A DNA stretch of 64,000 bases, taken from a virus. Under the pieces are notes generated by a model that was not told the DNA's origin, searched no databases, and was given only the letters and a program-made list of their open reading frames with translations. The position numbers and the translations under genes were made by a program. Below, piece by piece: positions 19,791 to 29,328 of this stretch. The DNA is taken from positions 1-64,000 of IMG/VR virus record IMGVR_UViG_3300043778_000098, one strand, 5' to 3'. Numbering within the stretch: position 1 is the first letter of the stretch; each line of letters begins with the position of its first letter.

Positions 19791-20500
19791 TGGGATTCGC
19801 CCTCGTCAGCGCCGGGGAGGTCGCCTACGGCAACCCGAACTACACGGGGGAGATCGCCCCGTCGTTCGGGGCGTCCACCGGCGCAGGCCACCTGCTGGTC
19901 GCGTGCCTCTACAGCGGGTCCAGCGACGCGACCAACCCGTACACCTGCGAAGACGACACGTGGGCTCAGGTCGAGCCGAGCGACGAGTCCTACAACTGGT
20001 CTGACATCTGGTACAAGGAGGACTGCGGGGCCGGGGAGGCGCCTCCCGTGTTCGGGCTGTCCGACTCGACCACCTCGGCCGGGATGCTCCTGGAGTTCAG
20101 CGGCGGGGCGACGGCGGGGGCGCTCGACCAGGACGGCGGCCCGGCCTCTTCCGGCGAGACGCTCTCCGCCTCGGCGGGCGGCCCTGACGGCGGCGGGGGC
20201 CGCCTGCTCGTGTTCGCCGGGGGGTGGAACGGCGGCAGCGGGGCGACGACGATCGTCAACTCCGCGACGGACTCCTCCGGGGCCAGCGTCTCCCTGACCT
20301 CGTACAACGACCCGGACGACACCACGGGCTTCAAGTACAGCTTCTTCTGGGGCGTGTGCGGGGAGGCGGGCGGCGAGGCCGACTCCTGCTCCTCCGTCCT
20401 GGGCGTCTACTCCGGCGGCGGCTGCTCGATGGCGACGTTCAAGCCGGGCGGCGCCGGCCCGGCGGCGGTTCCCGCCCTCGCCTGGGCGGCGGTCGTATGA
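19790..20500 (+). CDS. putative virion protein
   Basis: Paralog of the 5666 N-terminal domain. Confidence 0.65.
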   Translation: MGFALVSAGEVAYGNPNYTGEIAPSFGASTGAGHLLVACLYSGSSDATNPYTCEDDTWAQVEPSDESYNWSDIWYKEDCGAGEAPPVFGLSDSTTSAGMLLEFSGGATAGALDQDGGPASSGETLSASAGGPDGGGGRLLVFAGGWNGGSGATTIVNSATDSSGASVSLTSYNDPDDTTGFKYSFFWGVCGEAGGEADSCSSVLGVYSGGGCSMATFKPGGAGPAAVPALAWAAVV

Positions 20501-22302
20501 CCCGCCAGTGGCGAACCCGCGAGGACGAGGAGACCGGGCTCGGGTGGGCGCGGCCGCTCGGCGGCGGCCTGGAGGCGCGGAGGCGCTCCGCCCGCGCCCG
20601 CGCGCTCCGGCCGCTGCCCGCGATCCGCTCGGCGGTCGCCGTCCACCTGGCGCTCGCACTGGCGCTGGCGCTGCTCGCCGCCCACGTCACGTCCGCCGCC
20701 CTGATGACCGCGCCGGCCTCGCCGTCGGCGGTCTGCGGCTCGCCGTCGCTCGACGGCCCGTCCTCGGCGCCGGAGGGCGCGATCACCGTGGCCGCCGGGG
20801 ACAACTCGGCCCAGAGCTGGAGCGCCGAGGGGGCGACGTACTGGCTCGCGCCCGGCGTCCACACGATCGGGACCGGCCAGTACGACCAGATCCAGGCCGC
20901 CGACGGGGTGACCATCGAGGGGGCGCCGGGCGCCGTCCTGTCCGGGCAGGGCGACAACGAGTACGCGATCGTCAGCCTAGACACCAGCGGCGCCGACACC
21001 GGCATCACTGTCGAGTACCTGACCGTCGAGAACTTCATTCCCGGCGGCTCGGCCGGGGCGCTCAACGAGACCGGCACCCCGGGCTGGACGATCAAGTACG
21101 ACACCGTCGAGTACAACGCCCCGGGCAGCGGGATGATGCTCGGCAGCGACAACGTCATCGAGGACGACTGCCTCGTACAGAACGGCCAGTACGCGTTCAA
21201 CGGGTACTCGGCCATAGACCTCTCCAGCGTCACGGGCGGGCCGAGCGATATCACGGTCAGCGATAACGAGATCGCCTATAACGACACCTGCAACTGGGAG
21301 GACGTGCCCTCCGGGAATTTCCCGGTGACGCCGCCCTCCGCGTGCGCCGGGATTCCCCGTTACGATGGCTGCGGATGCAGCGGGGGCGGGAAATTCTGGC
21401 ATGTCCTCAATTCCACGTACACCGGTAATTACGTTCTCGATAACTACAACGTCGGCGTGTGGTGGGACACCGACAACGCAGGCGAGACGGTCACCGGCGA
21501 CTATTTCCAGGGTAATTTCGCCGAGGCGGTCATCGTCGAGGTCTCCTATAACGCCTATATCAACGGCAACGACTTCGTCGACAACTCGATCGGCGCCGGC
21601 CAGGCCGACCTGACGCCCGGCTTCCCCTCGGCCACGGTCTACATCAGCGAGTCCGGGTCCGATGACCGGGGGCAGCTGGCCACAGTGGAGTACGGCACCC
21701 AGTTCGCGGTCACCGGAAATTACTTCTGGGATAACTTCGGCGGGGTCGATCTCTGGGAGAACTCCAACCGGTTCTGCGGGACCCTCTCCACCGGGGCGGA
21801 CGCCGCCTGCACCCTTGACAATGACGGCTGGACGTACGCGGACTACGGGTCGGGGGCGCCGTGCAGCCAGTCCGGGAACATCTCCGGCGCGCCCTACCTG
21901 GAGGACTGCCGCTGGAAAACCCAGAATGTCGCCGTCTCCGGCAACACGTTCTACAACAATCCCTCGGACCCGGTTTACGCCGGGAGCTGCACGACCGAGA
22001 ACCTGTGCGGCTATAACGGGATCTTCAGCGAGGTCGCCACCTACGCCCCGTATTCCGAGCTGCCGGATGACGATCCCGGCTATCTCGTGGCCGACAGCAT
22101 CACCTACGACCAGGACAACGAGTTCGCCGGCAACACCTACTGCGGCTCATGGGGGTTCGAGTCCCTCTTGCAGGGCAACGCGATCGCCTGGTCGGCGTGG
22201 CAGGCCTCGCCGTCGGGCCAGGACGCCGGGAGCACCATGAACGGCCCGGGCTGCGCGGCCGCCGCCCCTGCGGGCCACGTCGGCGGGCGGCGGCGCCGGT
22301 GA
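20497..22302 (+). CDS. right-handed parallel beta-helix protein (pectin-lyase-like)
   Basis: YWLAPGVH, Asn-ladder repeats, GGGKFW, hydrophobic N-terminal segment. Confidence 0.7.
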   Translation: MTRQWRTREDEETGLGWARPLGGGLEARRRSARARALRPLPAIRSAVAVHLALALALALLAAHVTSAALMTAPASPSAVCGSPSLDGPSSAPEGAITVAAGDNSAQSWSAEGATYWLAPGVHTIGTGQYDQIQAADGVTIEGAPGAVLSGQGDNEYAIVSLDTSGADTGITVEYLTVENFIPGGSAGALNETGTPGWTIKYDTVEYNAPGSGMMLGSDNVIEDDCLVQNGQYAFNGYSAIDLSSVTGGPSDITVSDNEIAYNDTCNWEDVPSGNFPVTPPSACAGIPRYDGCGCSGGGKFWHVLNSTYTGNYVLDNYNVGVWWDTDNAGETVTGDYFQGNFAEAVIVEVSYNAYINGNDFVDNSIGAGQADLTPGFPSATVYISESGSDDRGQLATVEYGTQFAVTGNYFWDNFGGVDLWENSNRFCGTLSTGADAACTLDNDGWTYADYGSGAPCSQSGNISGAPYLEDCRWKTQNVAVSGNTFYNNPSDPVYAGSCTTENLCGYNGIFSEVATYAPYSELPDDDPGYLVADSITYDQDNEFAGNTYCGSWGFESLLQGNAIAWSAWQASPSGQDAGSTMNGPGCAAAAPAGHVGGRRRR

Positions 22303-22384
22303 TGACGCCTTTTCCCCTCTGCGCCCCAGAAGGAATAGCAGGAGGGCCTTCAGCCCAGGCTCATGAGAAAACGGAGATCTCGGA

Positions 22385-23005
22385 ATGATCCGGACTTACC
22401 TGTCTAACGACTACGTTAAGCGGACAATTCGCCCGTTGTACTCGTGGACCCAGGCGACCCCCAAGTCGTGCTTCCTCGACCCCGCGTGGACCCGCGCCGT
22501 CCCCATCTGGCCGGGCATGGGCTTCGTCCGCACCGGCGGCGACCTGGTGGCCCTCGCGGGCGCCAACAGCACCCAGATGGGCGGCAAGTCCATGACGGGC
22601 ACCGCCTACTCCGGGAACGCGGGCACCACCCTGTCGGCGGCGGGCAACCTGCCGATCTACGGGCTGGGCGCCCTGTACGTCGGCGGCGACGGCATCGACG
22701 AGCTTCTCTACGCCGGCATCAACGCCTTCGCCGTGTGGGTGCTCGGCCCGGACTCGGAGTTCGAGATCCTCGCCCCCGCCTTCGACGCCACCCAGTCCTG
22801 GACCGACCCGGCCGACGGGTCCGGCGCCGCGTTCGTCGGCGTCAGCACGGCGACCTCCAACCAGGGGATGCTCGTCCCCTGGTCGTCGAGCACGACCATC
22901 TCCGCGCCGGTCGCCCGGCTGCTGAAGGTCAACTCGGCCACCAAGCTCACCATCGGCGGCCTCAACGCCTACGACGCGGCCGAGCTGACCGCCGCCAGGG
23001 CCTGA
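22385..23005 (+). CDS. head decoration / minor capsid protein
   Basis: Directly upstream of the capsid gene; KRTIRPLY..TQATPK..FLDP style of Bxz1-type proteins as recalled. Confidence 0.7.
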   Translation: MIRTYLSNDYVKRTIRPLYSWTQATPKSCFLDPAWTRAVPIWPGMGFVRTGGDLVALAGANSTQMGGKSMTGTAYSGNAGTTLSAAGNLPIYGLGALYVGGDGIDELLYAGINAFAVWVLGPDSEFEILAPAFDATQSWTDPADGSGAAFVGVSTATSNQGMLVPWSSSTTISAPVARLLKVNSATKLTIGGLNAYDAAELTAARA

Positions 23006-23039
23006 CCGGAACACGCGGGAACACAGGAAAGGGAACCAC

Positions 23040-24065
23040 ATGAACGAGCTGGCTACCGTTTCGGCCGGCGGGCAGCTGGCGCTGGCCCCCGGCGGCGGCC
23101 TGCGGCCCCGCGTGGCGTCGCGCAAGTCCGACGACTACGTCGCCCAGATCGAGGCCCGGCGGGCGCGGACCGGCGGGGTCTCGCTGACCCGCGAGGCCAA
23201 GGTCCGCAAGATGGCCCTCATCCTCTCCGACGAGATGCACGGCTTCCGCAGGCTCGGCGTCGGCATGGTCGGCCCGATCCAGCTGAAGCTGAGGTACCAG
23301 GGCATCGTCCGCAACGTCCTGATCGAGGACCCGGTCACCCCCGGCACCCCCGTCGAGTACGACGTGTGGGACGACCTGGGCCAGGCCTACATCCTGTCCG
23401 GCACCGAGGGCGAGGTCCGCGTCACCCCGTTCGAGGGCAAGCGGATCCCGGTGCGGTTCTTCCGCATCGCCTCCCGCCCGGCGCTGCGCAAGGAGGACCT
23501 GTTCTACCTGCGCATCAACGCGGTCGAGCAGGCCCAGGACGAGACCAAGCAGGCGATCCTCAAGCAGGAGGACGCCCGGCTGCTGGTCCTCCTCCAGGCC
23601 GCCATCACCGACTACGCGACGCGCCCCGACCACGTGGTCACCCCCAACCACAACATCACCGAGGCGTCGGGCTACCTGACCCCGGGCTCGCTCTACAGCG
23701 CGGTCGCCATGACCGACCTGCACGAGCTGCCCAGCGCGCGGATCCTGATCAACCCGTTCGACTACCGGGACATGTTCCGCTGGGACATCAACCAGACCGG
23801 CTGGGCGTTCAAGGACCGGGTCGTCGCCGGCGAGACCATCACCAGCTTCGGCGAGTTCCAGATCCAGCGGTCGATCATCGTCCCGCAGGCCAAGATCTTC
23901 CTCGCGCCCGAGCCGAATTTCCTCGGCGTTTTCCCGATCCTATATTCGCTCGACGTAGAAGAGAACCATAATGTTGAAGCCTTCTGGAAAGGATGGGTCT
24001 TCGATGAAATGATTGCGATGTCCATTCTAAATCCGAGGGGCCTCGCCAGCATTACGAAGAGCTGA
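23040..24065 (+). CDS. major capsid protein
   Basis: 341 aa; GMVGPIQLKLRYQGIVRNVLIED, KGWVFDE..AMSILNPRG; strong RBS and downstream terminator. Confidence 0.9.
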   Translation: MNELATVSAGGQLALAPGGGLRPRVASRKSDDYVAQIEARRARTGGVSLTREAKVRKMALILSDEMHGFRRLGVGMVGPIQLKLRYQGIVRNVLIEDPVTPGTPVEYDVWDDLGQAYILSGTEGEVRVTPFEGKRIPVRFFRIASRPALRKEDLFYLRINAVEQAQDETKQAILKQEDARLLVLLQAAITDYATRPDHVVTPNHNITEASGYLTPGSLYSAVAMTDLHELPSARILINPFDYRDMFRWDINQTGWAFKDRVVAGETITSFGEFQIQRSIIVPQAKIFLAPEPNFLGVFPILYSLDVEENHNVEAFWKGWVFDEMIAMSILNPRGLASITKS

Positions 24066-24084
24066 CCTGTTCAGAGCATTAAAT

Positions 24085-24121
24085 CGAACACCTCGTCTAA
24101 TCGACGGGGTGTTCGCATTTT
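24085..24121 (+). terminator. intrinsic terminator after the capsid gene
   Basis: CGAACACCTCGTC-TAATC-GACGGGGTGTTCG plus T run. Confidence 0.75.
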
Positions 24122-24132
24122 ATTAGTGATAT

Positions 24133-24705
24133 TTACTTAATATTCGCCTGATGAGGACAGATCCCTCGGTTCCACTGCTTCCCGCAATTACAGTTGGCGC
24201 ACAGCACCTGAAATCCGTCCGGGTAATTGTTATTCCGCAGCCATCGATAAGTTCGAGCCCCGGCCTGGCTATATTCAAGGCCGGTTTCTCCTGCCATCTT
24301 CCTCCGGTGCTCAGCACCGTTGTCGTCGATGTGGTCGATCGTCAGGAAGACCAGCTCCGTCTCTCCGCAGCAAGCGCAGACGCCCCCGTAGGCGTCCATG
24401 ACCTGACGCTTTAGCTTCAGGAGAGACTTCCGGTTGTACTCGCTGTACTTCCCCGGGTTGGCCTGCCGCCAAGCGTCTCCGTACTGCTTCCTGACTCCAG
24501 GGTTGCGAGCGTAGTAGTTGTCGAGGTTGGCGCGGACGCTCCTGCGCCGGGTCTCCAGGTGCGCCTCGGGGTCGGTCTCGTCGGCCACCTGGTGGACGCG
24601 GGGCCGTCCTGCCCTCTTCTTCGGCCGCAGGTCACCGGTGACCTTGTCGATCGTCCAGCCGTATGGGGCCTCCGGATCGATAGGATTATCCTCAGTAGCT
24701 ATCAT
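24133..24705 (-). CDS. free-standing HNH endonuclease
   Basis: CACCG...LTIDHI...FQVLCANCN; leaderless, TAAGAT 7 nt upstream. Confidence 0.85.
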   Translation of the reverse strand: MIATEDNPIDPEAPYGWTIDKVTGDLRPKKRAGRPRVHQVADETDPEAHLETRRRSVRANLDNYYARNPGVRKQYGDAWRQANPGKYSEYNRKSLLKLKRQVMDAYGGVCACCGETELVFLTIDHIDDNGAEHRRKMAGETGLEYSQAGARTYRWLRNNNYPDGFQVLCANCNCGKQWNRGICPHQANIK

Positions 24706-24743
24706 GTAGAGAATCTTACAACTTTCCTTGGTAGGCTATCTGC

Positions 24744-24908
24744 ATGACCGAGAGCGAGAAGAAGCGCAAAGCCCGGTGCCTGTACTGCGGCACGCTCAAG
24801 CCGGTGACCAAGTCAGGCAAGATCCGCAGGCACTGGGTCATCGGCGGCCCCACCACCACGACGGCCGGCCAGCGCGTCGTATGCGGCGGGTCAGGGAGGG
24901 CGGCGTGA
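24744..24908 (+). CDS. small Cys/His zinc-binding protein (not in ORF track)
   Basis: MTESEKKRKARCLYCG...RRH...CGGSG; TAGGCT -10 box 6 nt upstream. Confidence 0.6.
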   Translation: MTESEKKRKARCLYCGTLKPVTKSGKIRRHWVIGGPTTTTAGQRVVCGGSGRAA

Positions 24909-25258
24909 AGATCACCGTGGACGGCATCGAGCTGAACTCGCCCGAGGAGGCCCTGTTCTACGGCCTGATGCGGCTGTGGAAGGTCCCCTGCGAGCGCGCC
25001 GATCGCAGCCGGGCCATCTCCGTCAACGGCAGCGGCTGGTACTGCCCGGACTTCTACCTGCCGGAGCAGGACCTCTGGGCGGAGACCAAGGGCTTCGAAG
25101 AGGAGGACCACCGGCTGCGGTACGCCTGCTGGCGCATGCCCGGGAAGAAGCTGGCGGTGCTGAGGCGCGAGCAGCTCGACGTGCTCCGGGCGATCGCCCA
25201 AGGCACCCAGGCCATCGCCTATCTCGAAGACCTGGCGTGCAAGGCGGTCAGGCTATGA
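24905..25258 (+). CDS. PD-(D/E)XK nuclease-like protein
   Basis: S.EE...WYCPDFYLP...WAETKG. Confidence 0.7.
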   Translation: MKITVDGIELNSPEEALFYGLMRLWKVPCERADRSRAISVNGSGWYCPDFYLPEQDLWAETKGFEEEDHRLRYACWRMPGKKLAVLRREQLDVLRAIAQGTQAIAYLEDLACKAVRL

Positions 25259-25887
25259 GCGGAGAGAACTTCCCGGTTGAGTGCGCTCACGGGAACACCG
25301 GGATATGCCGGGATTGCGGGGGCACCACCATTCCTGTCCCCTCCCTCCCCAACGGCTGGGCCGCCGACGGGCCGCGCTTCAAGGACGCCGGCAGCTACCT
25401 GTCGGCTGACGGCGAGAATCCGGAGGCCCCGTGGCCCGGGTACGGCTGGCCGCTGGGCAGCGAGTGCTGGTACTACGTGCTGCGCAGGCGGGGCCGCCGG
25501 CTGCACGCGACCGGGCTGACCGTGGAGAGCGCCGCCCGGCGGGCAGAGCAGCTGGCCCGCGAAGAAGAGGGATTACGCGCTCACGACGGCTTGGGCCTCA
25601 CCAGCTCGACGACGTCCCCGCAGATCCCGCAGTCGCACGGCACCAGCGTGGCGTCCATCCACCCCGGGTTGGCCGCCAGCCATTCGGCCAGCTGCCGCCC
25701 GCTCCAGCCGGACACGTCCTGCGTCTCGTGCATCGGCCCGTGGTGGCTCACCGGGTGCGGTTCCTCTCCGCCTCATCCAGGCAGCACTCCAGGCCGATCA
25801 GGACCTGCCGGCGCCGCAGCAGGTACAGCGGGGTGTCCGTCGGGTCCTCCCCGTCGGCCAGCATCTCCTGCGTCGTCCACTCGCTGA
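25255..25887 (+). CDS. hypothetical protein, 3' end uncertain
   Basis: ATGA coupling; 3' half overlaps minus-strand genes. Confidence 0.35.
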   Translation: MSGENFPVECAHGNTGICRDCGGTTIPVPSLPNGWAADGPRFKDAGSYLSADGENPEAPWPGYGWPLGSECWYYVLRRRGRRLHATGLTVESAARRAEQLAREEEGLRAHDGLGLTSSTTSPQIPQSHGTSVASIHPGLAASHSASCRPLQPDTSCVSCIGPWWLTGCGSSPPHPGSTPGRSGPAGAAAGTAGCPSGPPRRPASPASSTR

Positions 25888-25990
25888 TCCTGCGGCAGAC
25901 CTCTTCTGCGAGCCTGCCCGTCCACGCCCGGGAGAGATGCTGCTCGGGGGTCAGGTCGTCGTGGCCTCGTTCCGAGCTCTCTCTGCTCAT
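25748..25990 (-). CDS. hypothetical protein
   Basis: Leaderless start, TAAGAT 7 nt upstream. Confidence 0.55.
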   Translation of the reverse strand: MSRESSERGHDDLTPEQHLSRAWTGRLAEEVCRRISEWTTQEMLADGEDPTDTPLYLLRRRQVLIGLECCLDEAERNRTR

Positions 25991-25995
25991 GGGCT

Positions 25996-26382
25996 TTATC
26001 TTACGGCTTTTCTTGATACCACGATCCCCGCCGCTATCAGCCCGTCCTCCATCCGCCCCACCTGAGACCGCAGGATCGCCGTCTCGTTCGCCGCCCTCTC
26101 CCACCGCTCCAGCAGGACCTGGGGCTTGACCCGGTTCCTCAGCCCCGGCCTGGCCAGCCACGGCAGGCCGCCCAGCTCCCGGAGGGCGTTCACGGCATTG
26201 GCCGGGTTCGTGTAGAGGGGGACGCGCCCCCCGCCGAACCGGCCCGCGCGGTTGGGCAGGTGCCTGACCACCTCGCGGATGCGCCGCTCCGCCTTGACCT
26301 GCTCGGCCTCGGCCAGGATCAGCCGCTCGCGGAGGTCCTGGAGCTGCCACAGGGCCTCGGCTGTTCCGGATGGTCGTCTCAT
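25996..26382 (-). CDS. hypothetical coiled-coil protein
   Basis: Leaderless start after TATCAT. Confidence 0.6.
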   Translation of the reverse strand: MRRPSGTAEALWQLQDLRERLILAEAEQVKAERRIREVVRHLPNRAGRFGGGRVPLYTNPANAVNALRELGGLPWLARPGLRNRVKPQVLLERWERAANETAILRSQVGRMEDGLIAAGIVVSRKAVR

Positions 26383-26595
26383 GCGGACATGATAACAGCT
26401 TTCCTTGCTAGGCTAGGCGGTCGTCGTATAGAGATTACTTACCTCCCGGCGCAAGCGCAGGGGCCGCCCCGCCGGATCGGTCGCATAGGGGCTCCGAGGG
26501 CCGCCGCGAACGGAGGACCGGCACCGCGAGCGCGGGAGTGCCACCGGCGCGAGCGAGGGGGTTCTCTATACAACGTTTCTTGATATGCTGTCTCC

Positions 26596-26928
26596 GTGAA
26601 CCTCCCGGCAGGCGCGGTACTCGCCTATTCCTTCGAGCCAGAGGCCCGGTACTGGCCGGCGATCACCGCCAGGAACCCGGGGATGGTCCCCGACATATGC
26701 GTCCAGGCGGCCTACTCCGGGGACGGCTGCGAGTGGGAGTTCGTCATCGAGGACCACGGCGCCGGCGAGGTCTGCGTCTCCCGCAGCTCGGGCCGCCGGG
26801 ACCTGGACCAGGCGCGCGCCCAGGCGCCCGAGCTTTTCGCGGCCCTGGCCGAAATGCGCCCCCGCACCCTCGAAGAGGTCCGGGCCGTCCTGGTCCTCGT
26901 CGGGGCCGAGGACATCACGATAAGGTAG
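26596..26928 (+). CDS. hypothetical protein
   Basis: Leaderless GTG after TATGCT. Confidence 0.65.
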   Translation: MNLPAGAVLAYSFEPEARYWPAITARNPGMVPDICVQAAYSGDGCEWEFVIEDHGAGEVCVSRSSGRRDLDQARAQAPELFAALAEMRPRTLEEVRAVLVLVGAEDITIR

Positions 26929-26959
26929 ACAATACAGCCTTTCTTGATATGCTGTTGTC

Positions 26960-27112
26960 ATGAGCCAAGCAGACGCCATGAGCGCGGCAGAATGCCTGTG
27001 CATCCTCAACTGCCGGGACGACCCGGCCACCAGATGCTCGCTGTCCGGCGAGTGGCACGTCCACCCCGGCGAGCCGTGCCGGGTCCACCCGGCCGCCCCC
27101 GGCGACCGCTGA
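26960..27112 (+). CDS. small Cys/His-rich protein (not in ORF track)
   Basis: Leaderless ATG after TATGCT; TGATG coupling to the next gene. Confidence 0.55.
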   Translation: MSQADAMSAAECLCILNCRDDPATRCSLSGEWHVHPGEPCRVHPAAPGDR

Positions 27113-27318
27113 TGGACGCCCTGATCGAGGCGCTGACCATCCTGCGCAAGTACGCCAACCCCCAGTTCCCGCTTCACTGCGAGCACGACATGCTCTACGT
27201 TGACGTGGACCCCGCCCTCGTCTCGCCCGAGGACCTCGCCCGGCTGAGGGAGCTGTGGTTCGCCCCGGATCGCGACGACGGCAGCCTGTTCGCCTCCTCC
27301 TACTTCGGGAGCTGCTGA
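27112..27318 (+). CDS. phage hypothetical protein
   Basis: MDALIEALTILRKY..P.HCEHD.LYV. Confidence 0.65.
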   Translation: MDALIEALTILRKYANPQFPLHCEHDMLYVDVDPALVSPEDLARLRELWFAPDRDDGSLFASSYFGSC

Positions 27319-27319
27319 C

Positions 27320-27700
27320 ATGGCGCGCGTCCCCCTCCAGGCGTCCGACGTCCGGTCCTCCGAGGAGGGCTACTGGACGCTCGCCTCGTGCGAGCCCTAC
27401 TGGGTCGTCCTGGCGGTCTTCGCCGAGGCTCCCGGGTTCCTCTTCGAGTGGACCGGGGACGGCTGGTCCGACCTCCTGTCCGACGTGATGCTGTTCGACC
27501 GCGCCGAGGCGGAGGCAGAGGTCTCGCGCCTGGGCGACCTCCCCGGCCGGACCGTCCGCAGCGCCAACTTCGCCGATTGCCTCCGGTACGACCGCCGGAG
27601 GGCCGGCTACCCCCGCCACCGCGCCGGGAGCCCGCGCCACAGCGGATCCTCCGAGGCGCTCAGGGACGTCTACCAGGCTATGGCGGACGGGGAGGCGTGA
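27320..27700 (+). CDS. hypothetical protein
   Basis: ORF track, operon packing. Confidence 0.6.
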   Translation: MARVPLQASDVRSSEEGYWTLASCEPYWVVLAVFAEAPGFLFEWTGDGWSDLLSDVMLFDRAEAEAEVSRLGDLPGRTVRSANFADCLRYDRRRAGYPRHRAGSPRHSGSSEALRDVYQAMADGEA

Positions 27701-28080
27701 TGGGGATCGTCATCGACAGAGACGACGAGCCGGACATCACCCTCCAGTCGCCGGGCGAGGCCCTGTTCTGGGGGCTGTGCTGGCTCCACGAGATCCCGGT
27801 GGAGCGCGCCCGGCTCGACCGGGACTCCGTGCAGTCCGGTGACGTCTGGTACTGCCCCGGCTTCCACGTCGTCGTCCCGAAGTTCCTGAACCTGTGGGTC
27901 GAGATCGCCGACGGCGACGGGGAGGGCGTGCTGCGCCCCGCACGGGAGGCGTACCGGAAGGTCGTCGGACGGCGCCTGGTCGTGCTCTACCGCGAGGACC
28001 TGGATAACCTGAGGGACGCAAGCCGGCAGTCCCAGTTCATCGCCAGGCTGAGGCTCCTCGACCAGCGGCGCCGGCCATGA
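27700..28080 (+). CDS. degenerate paralog of the PD-(D/E)XK protein at 24905
   Basis: SPGEALFWGL..WYCPGF..LWVEI. Confidence 0.65.
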   Translation: MGIVIDRDDEPDITLQSPGEALFWGLCWLHEIPVERARLDRDSVQSGDVWYCPGFHVVVPKFLNLWVEIADGDGEGVLRPAREAYRKVVGRRLVVLYREDLDNLRDASRQSQFIARLRLLDQRRRP

Positions 28081-28307
28081 GAATCCCGGGCGACTGGCCG
28101 AAGGCCGGGGACCTGAAGCCCTTCGAGGGCAGCTGGGTCCGCATCGAGATCGAACACCCGGTCCTGAGAGAATGGGCCGACAACGGCATCTGGGAGGGCG
28201 TCCTCGTCAATGCGAACGCCGACTGGTGGACCTGCCTGCTGCGGCTCGACGACGGCGCGCTCAAGTTCCTGGACGTCCGCAAGACCGCAAGCTGGGAGGC
28301 CGTGTGA
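28077..28307 (+). CDS. hypothetical protein
   Basis: ATGA coupling. Confidence 0.6.
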   Translation: MRIPGDWPKAGDLKPFEGSWVRIEIEHPVLREWADNGIWEGVLVNANADWWTCLLRLDDGALKFLDVRKTASWEAV

Positions 28308-28795
28308 TGGGGAAGGCGGCGCGGGCGAGGCGCGACCGGCGCGAGGCGGGGTCCCTCCCCGCCAGGTTCGACTTCGGCCCGCATCACCTCGTCCGCTCGA
28401 CGGCCCGGTGGATCAAGGCCGAGCCGGGCACATCGGGCATCTTCGAGATCCACGAGTTCGGCGAGACCCGCGAGCGCCCGTGCCCGGAGTGCGGCGGCGA
28501 GGTGATCTACCGGTACGGGAACTGGATCTGCCCGCCGGCCGGCCCCGGCGGGGAAGAGATCAGCGGATGCGGCTGGACCACCGCCAAGGAGACGACCGGC
28601 GGCCGGGGCGCCCGGGGCATGAACAACGGGACGACCACCCTGGAAAGATGCCCGGACTGCGGCGGGAGGGTCATCTACAACGGGAACTACTTCTGCGAGA
28701 GCTGGGGCGGGCCGTGCTGGTGGGCGCTGCCGCACCCGGCCAGGAGGAGGGCCGACCGGGACCTGGCGCTGCGGCTGACCGGGAGGACCTCGTGA
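28307..28795 (+). CDS. protein with two zinc-ribbon repeats
   Basis: CPECGGEVIYRYGNWIC and CPDCGGRVIYNGNYFC. Confidence 0.6.
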   Translation: MGKAARARRDRREAGSLPARFDFGPHHLVRSTARWIKAEPGTSGIFEIHEFGETRERPCPECGGEVIYRYGNWICPPAGPGGEEISGCGWTTAKETTGGRGARGMNNGTTTLERCPDCGGRVIYNGNYFCESWGGPCWWALPHPARRRADRDLALRLTGRTS

Positions 28796-29328
28796 GATTC
28801 GCCTACGCCGACCCGCCGTACATCGGGAAGTGCGGCAAGTTCTACGGCCATCACCACCCGGACGGCCGGTGCTGGGATGACATCCTGACGCACAAGACGC
28901 TCATCGACCGGCTGGCAGACGATTACCCGGATGGCTGGGCCCTTTCGTGCGCCTCCCCTAATCTCAGGGAGATTCTCCCGCTCTGCCCGCCGGACGCCAG
29001 GATCGCCGCGTGGGTGAAGCCCTTCTGCATTTTCAAGAAAGGCGTCCGGCCCGCTTACGCATGGGAGCCGGTCATCTTCTGCGGCGGCAGGAACAAGAAC
29101 CACCCGCCCCCCCTCAAAGGCGGCAAGCAGACGACCCCGAAAGACTTCATCGCCGAGCCCATCACGCTGCGGAAGGGGCTGACCGGCGCTAAGCCCCAGA
29201 AATTCTGCGACTGGGTGCTGGACCTGCTCAACTTCCGGCAGGGCGACTCGGTCGACGACTTGTTCCCCGGCACCGGGGCGATGGGCGCAGCGGTGCTGAG
29301 AAGAGAGGCAACTATCATCACCTCGTGA
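28792..29328 (+). CDS. DNA amino-methyltransferase (N6-A/N4-C)
   Basis: N-terminal DPPY and C-terminal DLFPGTG SAM-binding motif. Confidence 0.75.
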   Translation: MRFAYADPPYIGKCGKFYGHHHPDGRCWDDILTHKTLIDRLADDYPDGWALSCASPNLREILPLCPPDARIAAWVKPFCIFKKGVRPAYAWEPVIFCGGRNKNHPPPLKGGKQTTPKDFIAEPITLRKGLTGAKPQKFCDWVLDLLNFRQGDSVDDLFPGTGAMGAAVLRREATIITS

